Shown: in pieces, positions 20,219 to 29,057 of the stretch
How positions within the stretch are numbered: the first letter of the stretch is position 1
Layout of the letters: the number at the start of each line of letters is the position of its first letter
Assembly (NCBI GenBank): GCA_964417645.1
Contig: CAYQIS010000002.1
Location: 130,583 to 194,582, forward strand
Direction of reading: 5' to 3'
DNA length: 64,000 nucleotides
Source of the DNA: an uncultured Spirochaetia bacterium
GTDB lineage: Bacteria; Oederibacteriota; PGYV01
The notes under the pieces: model-generated
Seen by the model: the letters and a program-made list of their open reading frames with translations, nothing else
Told to the model about the DNA's origin: nothing
Databases searched by the model: none
Translations under genes and position numbers: made by a program

Positions 20219-20404
20219 ATGTTATTCTACAGGACGCAGGAGGAAATAAGGCGCCGCAGGGAAGAGCCCGAAACCCGTCATGATCATCTGAAAGATTTAA
20301 GGGAAAAAATAAGGGAAAGGGACGACAGACGCAGAATGCGCAGTTTTGACATTGAAAAAATAGACGAATTCTTTGATGACTGGCAGAAAATGAACCGCGC
20401 TTAA
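20219..20404 (+). CDS. hypothetical small, highly charged (Arg/Glu/Asp-rich) protein
   Basis: 61-aa ORF with RBS AAGAGGTGAGG 6 nt upstream of the ATG. No domain match. Confidence 0.35.
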   Translation: MLFYRTQEEIRRRREEPETRHDHLKDLREKIRERDDRRRMRSFDIEKIDEFFDDWQKMNRA

Positions 20405-20449
20405 AGATGTTGTGATATAATGACAGCATCTTTTAACCGCGGAGGCATT

Positions 20450-22285
20450 ATGTCCGGCAAAAAAATACTTGATTTAAATGCTCTTATGTACGCCAAGACG
20501 GCAAAAATATGGGAAAAGTTTGGAGCCATAAAAAGAGCGGGTGTTTTAATGCCCGTTTTTTCTGTTTATTCCGAAAAATCCTGCGGAATCGGTGAAATTT
20601 CTGATATAAATCTTATTGCGGATTTTTGTGTAAAATCAGGGCTTTCAATAATACAATTGCTTCCGATGAATGATACGGGTTTTGATTATGCCCCGTACTC
20701 TGCGCAGAGCACTTTTGCGCTTGATCCCATGTATTTAAGGCTTTATGAAATACAGGGTGTTGATATTTCCCTTTTTAAGAAGGAAATTGCAAAGATAAAG
20801 GAAAAGTTTCCCGCGGGAAAAAAAAGGGTTGATTATCGGATAAAAGAGGAAAAATTAAGGCTGCTTTATGAAATGTTCGTTAAGTTTGATTGTAATAACC
20901 CCGATTACATTAATTATAAGAAAATAAATTCCCCCTGGCTTAATGATTATGCGCTTTATAAAGCAATCAAAGAAATGAACTCTCAAAAAAGCTGGGAAGA
21001 ATGGCCTGAAGAGCTTAAGTTAAGAGAATTTGGAGCGCTTTCGGAATTTGAGGTTAAGAATATTGATACGGTGGAGTTTTATAAATTTCAGCAGTATCAG
21101 CTTTTTATTCAATTTTCCCGGGTTAAAAAAGAATGCAATAAAAAAGGCATATATATTCAGGGTGATCTTCCTTTTCTTGTATCGCGCGACAGCGCTGATG
21201 TATGGGCCAAACAGGGATATTTTAAGCTTAATATGGTTGCAGGGGCTCCTCCTGATATGTACTTTGCAAAAGGCCAGCGCTGGGGCATGCCGCCTTATAA
21301 TTGGGAAATAATTGAACATCACGGCTATGATTATATAAAAGAAAAGGTAAGGTATGCGGAGAATTTTTATGACATGTTCAGAATAGACCATTTTGTGGGT
21401 CTTTTCAGGCTTTGGACAATAAATGAGAACGAACCTCATTCAACATACGGATTAAACGGCAGATTTGACCCTGAAAACGAGGATGAATGGAAAAATCACG
21501 GAACCAAAATTATAGACACAATGCTTGAAGCTTCTTCAATGCTGCCTTGCGCGGAAGACCTTGGAGTTGTTCCGCAGTGCAGTTATGAAACCCTTGATGA
21601 ATACGGGATACCGGGTATGGATGTGCAGAGATGGACAAGGGATTGGGGAAAGACTTATGAATTTAAGAATCCGTCAGACTACAGGGTAAACGCCTCTTCA
21701 ATTATATCAAGTCATGATATGAGCCCTTTGATTTTATGGTGGGAACAGGAAGCAGGCACGGTTGACGCTTTGCTTGTTGAAAAACTTTGTGAAGAAAACG
21801 ACATTGATCACAAAAAAGTTTTAAAGGCGGTTTTTGAAGCGTCGAAACCCGAATCAAAAAGACTAAGATTCAAAAAGAATTTCAAAGAACCGGAAGAAGT
21901 TCTTGAAGCTCTTGAACTTACAAGGGCAGAGGGGTGGATGTTTTATGATTTGTTCAGGGAATCGGCTTTTGAAAAAGAACAGTTTCTTAAGTTTGCGGGC
22001 ATATTCAATAAACCGGAAAATGTGACCCATAAGGAATTGACAAGAGCCGCAATTAAGGCGTCTTTTGAAAGCAGCAGTGTTTTCTCTGTACAGCTTATTC
22101 AGGATTATCTTGGTTTGGGGAATTATTTTGAAGGATATAATATGGAAGAAACAAGAATAAATGTGCCGGGAACCGTATCGCCTTTAAACTGGTCTTTTGT
22201 GCTTCCCGTTTCCCTTGAAAAACTTGCGGAATCGGAAGTATGCGATGAAATAAAAAATCTTGCCGTGTCAGCCGGCAGAAATTAA
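20450..22285 (+). CDS. malQ: 4-alpha-glucanotransferase (amylomaltase, GH77)
   Basis: GH77 motifs (FRIDHFVGLFRLW, GDLPF, catalytic region). ATG at 20450 with GGAGG RBS; the track ORF starts 30 nt earlier. Confidence 0.85.
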   Translation: MSGKKILDLNALMYAKTAKIWEKFGAIKRAGVLMPVFSVYSEKSCGIGEISDINLIADFCVKSGLSIIQLLPMNDTGFDYAPYSAQSTFALDPMYLRLYEIQGVDISLFKKEIAKIKEKFPAGKKRVDYRIKEEKLRLLYEMFVKFDCNNPDYINYKKINSPWLNDYALYKAIKEMNSQKSWEEWPEELKLREFGALSEFEVKNIDTVEFYKFQQYQLFIQFSRVKKECNKKGIYIQGDLPFLVSRDSADVWAKQGYFKLNMVAGAPPDMYFAKGQRWGMPPYNWEIIEHHGYDYIKEKVRYAENFYDMFRIDHFVGLFRLWTINENEPHSTYGLNGRFDPENEDEWKNHGTKIIDTMLEASSMLPCAEDLGVVPQCSYETLDEYGIPGMDVQRWTRDWGKTYEFKNPSDYRVNASSIISSHDMSPLILWWEQEAGTVDALLVEKLCEENDIDHKKVLKAVFEASKPESKRLRFKKNFKEPEEVLEALELTRAEGWMFYDLFRESAFEKEQFLKFAGIFNKPENVTHKELTRAAIKASFESSSVFSVQLIQDYLGLGNYFEGYNMEETRINVPGTVSPLNWSFVLPVSLEKLAESEVCDEIKNLAVSAGRN

Positions 22286-22343
22286 TTGTGGCTGCCGTGC
22301 TGTTAACCGGCAAAAAACAGTATTAAGCATACAGGAGGATTAT

Positions 22344-22778
22344 ATGAAACATTCTTACCTTTTTGAGCAGAGACTTTGGAAAGCAAAGGGTTTTTACATT
22401 GATGAAAATGGCAAAAAGATAAGAACTGAAGGCATTACGGAAGTGCTTCATAAAGGAGGAAATTGGATAATTGAAGGAATAATGAGGCTTCCGATGAAGG
22501 CCAACAAGATGCTTGAATTAAGGGAAGTGTATAAAGTAAAAAAACTCGGCAAAAAAGCTGTTGAAACCGAATGGGTTTCGGATAATCCGGTAACCGGGAA
22601 ATTAAAGGGCAGGTTTCATTTTGCGGGAAATTTTATTGTGTCAACATATTCTTCGCAGGATAAAAAATATTCCGGATTTGAGACAATGGAACTTGTGGGT
22701 GAAAGCAGGTATATAAACAAGGGAAATCTTTTTCTTGACGGCAACAGGGTTTCTTCCTGGGAAGTGGTGCTTATCTGA
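22344..22778 (+). CDS. hypothetical protein (beta-rich, no recognisable domain)
   Basis: 144-aa ORF with strong RBS AGGAGG 6 nt upstream of ATG 22344. Confidence 0.5.
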   Translation: MKHSYLFEQRLWKAKGFYIDENGKKIRTEGITEVLHKGGNWIIEGIMRLPMKANKMLELREVYKVKKLGKKAVETEWVSDNPVTGKLKGRFHFAGNFIVSTYSSQDKKYSGFETMELVGESRYINKGNLFLDGNRVSSWEVVLI

Positions 22779-24151
22779 AGAAAGTTAATGCAAAGTCCGG
22801 AGATATTATAGAAGCTGATGTCGTTGGCCTTGCTTATGGGGGCGATGCTGTTGCTAAGTTTCACGGAAAAAATGTATATATACCATACGCGGTTCCGGGT
22901 TCAATTGTAAAAGCCGCCGTAAAAACCGTTAAAGAAAATTACATCAGGGCTGAAATTAAAGAAATAATTTCGCATTCAGATTTTGAAACAAAGCCTGTAT
23001 GCCCGCATTTTTATGAATGCGGCGGGTGTGATTATCTTAATATATCTTTTGATATGCAGAAAAAATATAAAAAAGAGCTTTTGGAAGGAATAATTAAAGA
23101 CGCCGGATTTTTCAGGGCAAAAGTGCACGATCTGATTTTTTATGAAAAACCATTTAATTACCGCAACAGGGCCGAGTATAAGGCTGTTCTGCATGAAGGG
23201 AAGATTGCTCTTGGATTTAACGCGGCAAAAAGCGTAAAAATAGTGCCGATAAGAAACTGCAGTCTTTTAAAACCTGGCATTAACGAAGCGGCTTCAATAA
23301 TAAGAAGATCACTTGTATCCTCCAAAATAAAAGTTTCGGCTTATGATGAGCGTTCGGGCAAAGGATATTTAAGGCATGTTGTGATTAAAACAAATGAAGC
23401 AGGGGAAGTTCTTTGCATATTTTGTGTAAATTCAAAGGAAATAAAGCCGTTTCTTTATGATGCGTCCGTGGCTTTGTCGGACAGGATAAAAAAGATGTCC
23501 GGTGTTGCCGTGAATTTTAACATGGAACAAGGGCAGGGTGTCTTCGGGCCAAGGACAGAAGTGATAAGCGGGAAGCCTTATATAATTGAAAAGGCGGCAG
23601 GATCTGAATTCAGGATAGGCCATCAGACATTTTTTCAGATAAATACGACAATGCTTGAACATATGATATCTTTTGTGGACAGGCATTTAAAACATGGATA
23701 TTCCGTGCTTGATTTGTACGGAGGCTTGGGCGCTTTGTCTTTCCCGCTTCGGCATAGGATGAGAAGTCTTACTGTTGTTGAGGAAAACAAAGAGGCTGTA
23801 GAATCTCTTGTTATGAACATTAAAAGGACAAAAACAAGAAATGTTACCGCGGTATGCGGTAAATCCGAAGAATACGGGGTTAAAATGTTAAGTGAAAGAA
23901 AGCATGATTTGCTTATTGTTGACCCGCCCCGCTCCGGGCTTCATCCAAAACTTTTAAACGCCATAAATAAAAACGGGCCCGGGTGTCTGGTGTATATATC
24001 GTGTAATCCTCAGACATTTGGAAGGGACATAGAAGAATTAAAGTCAAAATACCGGCTTTTGGAAGCTGTCCCGATGGACCAATTTGCGCAAACCTATCAC
24101 GTGGAAGTAATGGGGTATCTTGAAAGGCAAAAGCCTCAGGACAGATCTTAA
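22775..24151 (+). CDS. rumA: 23S rRNA (uracil-5)-methyltransferase RumA/RlmD family; start codon uncertain
   Basis: TRAM domain (..GDIIEADVVGLAYGGDAVAKFHGKNVYIPYAVPGSIV..), the Fe-S Cys cluster (CPHFYECGGCDY) and the SAM-MTase/catalytic Cys region (VYISCNP) are all present. The TRAM domain lies upstream of the first in-frame ATG (23054) and no canonical start codon precedes it. Confidence 0.7.
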   Translation: MKKVNAKSGDIIEADVVGLAYGGDAVAKFHGKNVYIPYAVPGSIVKAAVKTVKENYIRAEIKEIISHSDFETKPVCPHFYECGGCDYLNISFDMQKKYKKELLEGIIKDAGFFRAKVHDLIFYEKPFNYRNRAEYKAVLHEGKIALGFNAAKSVKIVPIRNCSLLKPGINEAASIIRRSLVSSKIKVSAYDERSGKGYLRHVVIKTNEAGEVLCIFCVNSKEIKPFLYDASVALSDRIKKMSGVAVNFNMEQGQGVFGPRTEVISGKPYIIEKAAGSEFRIGHQTFFQINTTMLEHMISFVDRHLKHGYSVLDLYGGLGALSFPLRHRMRSLTVVEENKEAVESLVMNIKRTKTRNVTAVCGKSEEYGVKMLSERKHDLLIVDPPRSGLHPKLLNAINKNGPGCLVYISCNPQTFGRDIEELKSKYRLLEAVPMDQFAQTYHVEVMGYLERQKPQDRS

Positions 24152-24188
24152 GATTAACGTTTTAAATCGGAACTTCAAGCCTTAATTA

Positions 24189-24217
24189 TTGTCTAAATTT
24201 AAACGTTATGATAAAAT
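24189..24217 (+). promoter_or_regulatory. sigma-70-like promoter of the GH8 gene with an AACGTT-centred imperfect palindrome in the spacer
   Basis: TTGTCT(24189-94)-17 nt-TAAAAT(24212-17). The spacer contains TTTAAACGTTAT. A second related site, ATTAACGTTTTAAAT, lies at 24153-24167. Confidence 0.5.
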
Positions 24218-24245
24218 ATGCATACTAAATAACGGAAGGTGTAAA

Positions 24246-27200
24246 GTGAGATTTAACGTAAAAGCGATTTTATTATCCGCAATAGCGTTTCTTTTTTCGC
24301 TCATTATATATGCGGATACCTGTAATATGCCGTTCCCCCAGGCGGAAACATATCCTTATGGGTTAAAGCCCAATAATTATACCCAGGCACAAATGAACGC
24401 CCATTGTCAGGCATGGTTTGACAAGTGGCGCGCTAAATATCTTACACAAACCAATTGCGCTCCCGGCGAATGGAGAGTTCAAAGGACAGAGACAGGAAAC
24501 TCCATTCACAAAGGGTGCCCTGAAAATGATACGGTAAGCGAAGGCATAGGATATGGCATGTTAATCTGCGCATATATGTCCTCGGTCACAAACAACACAA
24601 AGCAGTATTTTGACGGCTTATGGAATTATTATAAAAATCATCTTGACGGCAACGGCCTTATGAACTGGCAGATACCATACTGCGACAGCGGAGGGGCGGC
24701 AACAGATGCGGATCAGGACGTTGTGTAGGCGCTGATTGTGGCGGACAAGCAGTGGGGAAGCGCCGGCGCAATAAATTATCGCAACGAAGCAATAGCGCTT
24801 GCCGCAAAGGTGCTTCAGCATGAAGTTACGGCATCAAATGATATAAGGCCGGGTGACGGATGGGACGGAGGCAATCCTTCTTACTTTGCCCCTTACACTT
24901 ACAGGATGATAGGTGATTATACCGGAGTTACAAGATGGTACAGTGTGGCAAGCAGAACATATAACACAATTGTCAAATATTATTATACATCATCTTTAAC
25001 CTATGACAGCACACTTAAAATGTACACAGGAATGCAGCCAAACTGGTGCAATTATGACGGAAGCCCGTGGAGCCCAGGGGCGTGGTGCATGAGGGCCGAC
25101 ACATGGTGGTGGGACGCAATACGACATGCCTGGAGGCAGGGTTATGATTATGTTTTATACGGAAGATTAAACAGCGGATATGCCCAGGATAATTCGTTCA
25201 GAATATCAGAATATTTTAAGACAAAGTATAACGGCAATCCCGCTCTTATAAAATCACATTATGAGTTAAACGGAACGGAAACATATTATTGCAGGGGAGA
25301 CAGGACGCCGGATCTTTGCACGGAAGATGTAAAAAACCTGCCGGGTCCTGTTGGTGCGATTGCTGTTGCCGCTATGGCGGGAGAGGATCAGAATTGGCTT
25401 AACGCCCTGTATGACAGGCTTGTTAATATGGATGCAGGAAACGGGCCGGGTGAACTTACTGAAACCGGCGTTATGTGGGGAACGGATTATTTTTGTGACA
25501 TATTAAAAATGCAGTATCTTCTTATTTTAACCGGGAATATGCCAAATCCTCTGGGCAATTATCCCACACCCACGCCTACCAATACATGGAATCCTTTAAC
25601 GCCCACGCCGACACCCGTGCCTCCGGGATTGTTTGATGATTTTGAAACAGGCGCGCTGATGAATCCTGACACATCGGAATCAGGCGGAGGTTCAACCGCC
25701 ACAATAACAAATACAACCGCTGACAAATACGAAGGGGCAAGGTCAATGCGCGTTGACACAACAGGAACGGGCTGGGCTTTGCTTTCGATTGATTCGCCCT
25801 ATGACGGCGGAATCGGTTATAGGAATTTTACCGGCGCAACTGCGCTTACCTTCTATATTAAAGCGCCGGCAAACACCGGGTTTTTCATTCAGCTTACCGA
25901 GGCAATGTCAGGCGGAGGTGACGGCGAAAGGTTCAGCAACAGGAGCACAGGGTTTACGGCAAACGGTTCGTGGCAGTTAATATCCATAAATCTTTCTTCG
26001 CTTACGCGTGACCAGTACACGCCGGCTTACGGCGACAATATTCTTGATATACAGGCGATAAAGTCTTTTGTTGTACAGTTTGACAATCCCGGCACAAAAA
26101 CAATATATATAGACAGAATAATGTTTACCGGAAATTTCCCCACAAGCACGCCTACTTACACAAATACAAACACAAGAACCCCTGCGCTTACTTACACTTT
26201 CACTTCAACGGCAACGTTTACAAGAACCCCCACACAGACAGACACGGTAAACCCGCTTTGGACTCACACTTATACTTTTACAAGCACCAATACGGCAACA
26301 AACACAAACACATATACGGCAACACATACTGCAACGGCAACGCCTTCCGTGATATCTCCGCCGTCGGCCGGAGTTTTTGATGACGCCGAAACAGGCGCGC
26401 TTAAAAATCTTACAATAAACGGAACCGCTGTTTCCGCCGTTGTAAATTCATCCGCGGCCGCACATGCCGGAACAAGGTCCATAAGGGTTACAACAATAAC
26501 AAGCGGCGCATGGGGGGGCTTTACGATTGAATCTCCGTATGTTGCCGGAAGTTACGGTGATTATACCGGCGCAACAGCTTTGAATTTCTGGATTAACGCT
26601 CCCGCGAATTCGGGCAATTTTTTCATAAAAGTTATTGAATATAATGCCGGAGGAAGCGGCGAAGAATATTCAAATCGCGGCGCACAGATAACGCCCACAG
26701 GAACGTGGCAGAACGTAAATATTTTACTTTCTTCTCTTACGAAAGATCAGTACTCGCCCGCGGGAGACGGAAGCAACACGCTGAATTTAAACAAAATACA
26801 ATACGTAATGTTTCAGTGGGATTCTTCAACCGCGGCAACGATATACATTGACGACATAAAATTCGCCGGAATGGCCACATTTACGCCCACAGGCACTTCA
26901 ACCTCAACATACACATATACAAGAACACAAACCGCAACTTCCACTTATTCGGCCACTGCAACATACACATTTACGGCCACCCATACAAATACCGCAACCG
27001 CAACTTATACATCAACAGTTGTTCCTTCAAATACAAGCAGTAATACGGCAAACTATACTGCGACAGGCACCAATACCACCACTCCTTTGCCTTCAAACAC
27101 AAACACAGCAACGCATACTGCAACGGCAACAGGCACGCCTGCATATACAAGTACATACACTTATACGGCAAGCGTAACAAATACCAATACGGCAACATAC

Positions 27201-28028
27201 ACGCCAAGCAATACTGTTACAGGCACCCAGCCCGCAACAAGCACTTTTACGTCCACACATACCGCAAGCTCAACTTATACCCATACAAGGACTTTTACCG
27301 AAACCCAAACTTACACCAATACATTTACTCCTGTATTCACGGATACCGTTACATTGACATTCACATCAACCAACACAGCAAGTTTTACATATACTCCAAG
27401 CAATACGGTTACGCCCGGCGGCCCGACTTTTACCCATACAAACACATTTACGAACACAAACACATTTACGCCAACTTTTACCGCCAGCAGCACATATACC
27501 GCGGCTTTTACCAACACTCCGTCTTATACAAGCACGCCTGTTCCGCCTACACTTACAAATACCGCAACATCCACACATACAAACACCTTTACCAATACAT
27601 TTACCCGGACTTACACTCAAACAGCTGTATTTACGGCAACCAATTCATTTACCCAAATGCCCACTCAGACATATACCAATACACCTGTGGTACAGCAAAG
27701 CAATGAGCAAAAGGCGGAAGTAAAACTGATATATCCGATGCCTTATGATCCGCTAAAAGGCAAACCTCTGTACATTCAATACATGGCAGGCAAAAGCCAT
27801 TCAGGCGTGCGTTTTATGGTTTATTCCTCAAGTTTCAGGCTTATCAGGGAAGTTATATTTGAAAGCAACCTTCCCCCAGGGTTAAATACACTTTCTGTTC
27901 TCCCTCAAAATTTTGAGGGGCTTGCAAACGGCACATATTATTATTTGTTAACTGTTGAAAATGACAATAACGAAAAATCACGGGCAAAAGTTGACAAACT
28001 TATAATTCTTAAAAGTAAAAAAGATTGA
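24246..28028 (+). CDS. secreted GH8 family glycoside hydrolase with two CBM-like modules, alternating-Thr linker and C-terminal sorting domain; interrupted by one in-frame TAG (24726-24728)
   Basis: GTG 24246 with RBS GGAAGGTG, then a signal peptide. GH8 motifs span the TAG (..GAATDADQDVV*ALIVADKQWG..). ORFs 24189-24728 and 24738-28028 are in the same frame. Two FDD(F/A)E...IYIDxIxF modules, a linker of about 270 aa, and a variant C-terminal domain (LIYPMPYD...FMVYSSSFRLIREV...GTYYYLL). Confidence 0.75.
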
Positions 28029-28053
28029 TGAGCGCTCATATTTAAAATAATGC

Positions 28054-28082
28054 TTGCGTTAAAACGTTTTAAATGATATAAA
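28054..28082 (+). promoter_or_regulatory. sigma-70-like promoter of the lacI-GH30 operon with a perfect 14-bp palindrome TTAAAACGTTTTAA (28059-28072) and a second palindrome TAAACGTTTA (28089-28098)
   Basis: TTGCGT-17 nt-TATAAA. The palindrome spans the -35 3' end and the spacer. The AAAACGTTTT core matches the LacI/PurR-family operator archetype. Confidence 0.55.
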
Positions 28083-28115
28083 TTTAGGTAAACGTTTAAC
28101 TAAAAACGGGTGAAT

Positions 28116-29057
28116 ATGAAAAGAGCAACAATAAAAGATATAGCAAAAGCAGCCGGTGTTTCTTTTGTGACGGTATCAAAGGTTTTAAATAATACCGGGT
28201 CAATATCAAAAAAAACATCGGATAAAATAAGAAGACTGGCCAGGGAAATGAATTACATCCCTGATAATGCGGCGCGGGCGCTTGCAAAAGGAAGGCCTGA
28301 TTCAATTGCGATTGTCACGCCAAGTTTTACAACCGGCTTTATGCAGCAGCTTTTTATGGGCATTCAGGAAGAGATGCTGGGGTCTGACAAGGATGTTAAT
28401 TTTCATATTTCCGGAATGTCCGGCGAAGACATAGAAAAATCGCTGAATGTTATCAAGCACGGCAAAAAAGCGGGATCCATAATTGTTATTTCACAGCAGC
28501 CTGATGCGGCGCAGATTGACGGCTTGGTAAAAGCGGGAATACGCGTTGTGCTTGTTGAAGGCAAGCATCCAAAAGCCGTGATGATAAGCGCTGACAATGA
28601 AAACGGGGCAATACTTGCGGCAAGGCGTATGGTTGAAACAGGGGTAAAAAAACCGGGCCTTATTATAGGCGATGTAAAAATGATAAATTCACAGAAAGAA
28701 AGACTTGCGGGATTTAAAAAAATATTTGGAAATAAATTCAGCATTTATGAATTAAGGGAGCATTCATTTAATGACGGAATTAAAGCTTTCAGATATCTTT
28801 CGAATGAAGGTGTTGACTCTGTGTTCTGCGCGGCGGGAGACCTTGTTGCGTACGGTTTCTTATTTGAAGCCGGCAGATATAACAGCAGGATAAAGATAAT
28901 AGGTTTTGATGATGATCAGCTATCCGAAGGTATGGGGCTTACAACGGTAAAACAGGATGTCAAAGGAATGGGAGCGGCGGCATTTAGGGCGGCTGCAAAC
29001 GGTCCTGACTTCGGTGTAATAAATTTTAAAACAGAATTGATTGTAAGGAGGACATAA
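28116..29057 (+). CDS. LacI family transcriptional regulator
   Basis: N-terminal HTH MKRATIKDIAKAAGVSFVTVSKVLNN plus a periplasmic-binding-protein-type ligand domain. The stop directly abuts the ATG of the GH30 gene. Confidence 0.85.
   Translation: MKRATIKDIAKAAGVSFVTVSKVLNNTGSISKKTSDKIRRLAREMNYIPDNAARALAKGRPDSIAIVTPSFTTGFMQQLFMGIQEEMLGSDKDVNFHISGMSGEDIEKSLNVIKHGKKAGSIIVISQQPDAAQIDGLVKAGIRVVLVEGKHPKAVMISADNENGAILAARRMVETGVKKPGLIIGDVKMINSQKERLAGFKKIFGNKFSIYELREHSFNDGIKAFRYLSNEGVDSVFCAAGDLVAYGFLFEAGRYNSRIKIIGFDDDQLSEGMGLTTVKQDVKGMGAAAFRAAANGPDFGVINFKTELIVRRT

Noticed and set aside
24189-24245. The ATG at 24189 as the GH8 start (the track ORF begins there).
   Set aside because: The predicted promoter's -35/-10 (24189-24217) overlaps it. 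The GTG at 24246 has a proper RBS (GGAAGGTG) and is immediately followed by a typical signal peptide, so the upstream 19 codons are unlikely to be translated.
28028-28039. Perfect 12-bp palindrome ATGAGCGCTCAT overlapping the GH8 stop codon.
   Set aside because: It has no loop and is too short for a stable terminator hairpin. It could be a protein-binding site but there is no supporting context, so it is noted only.
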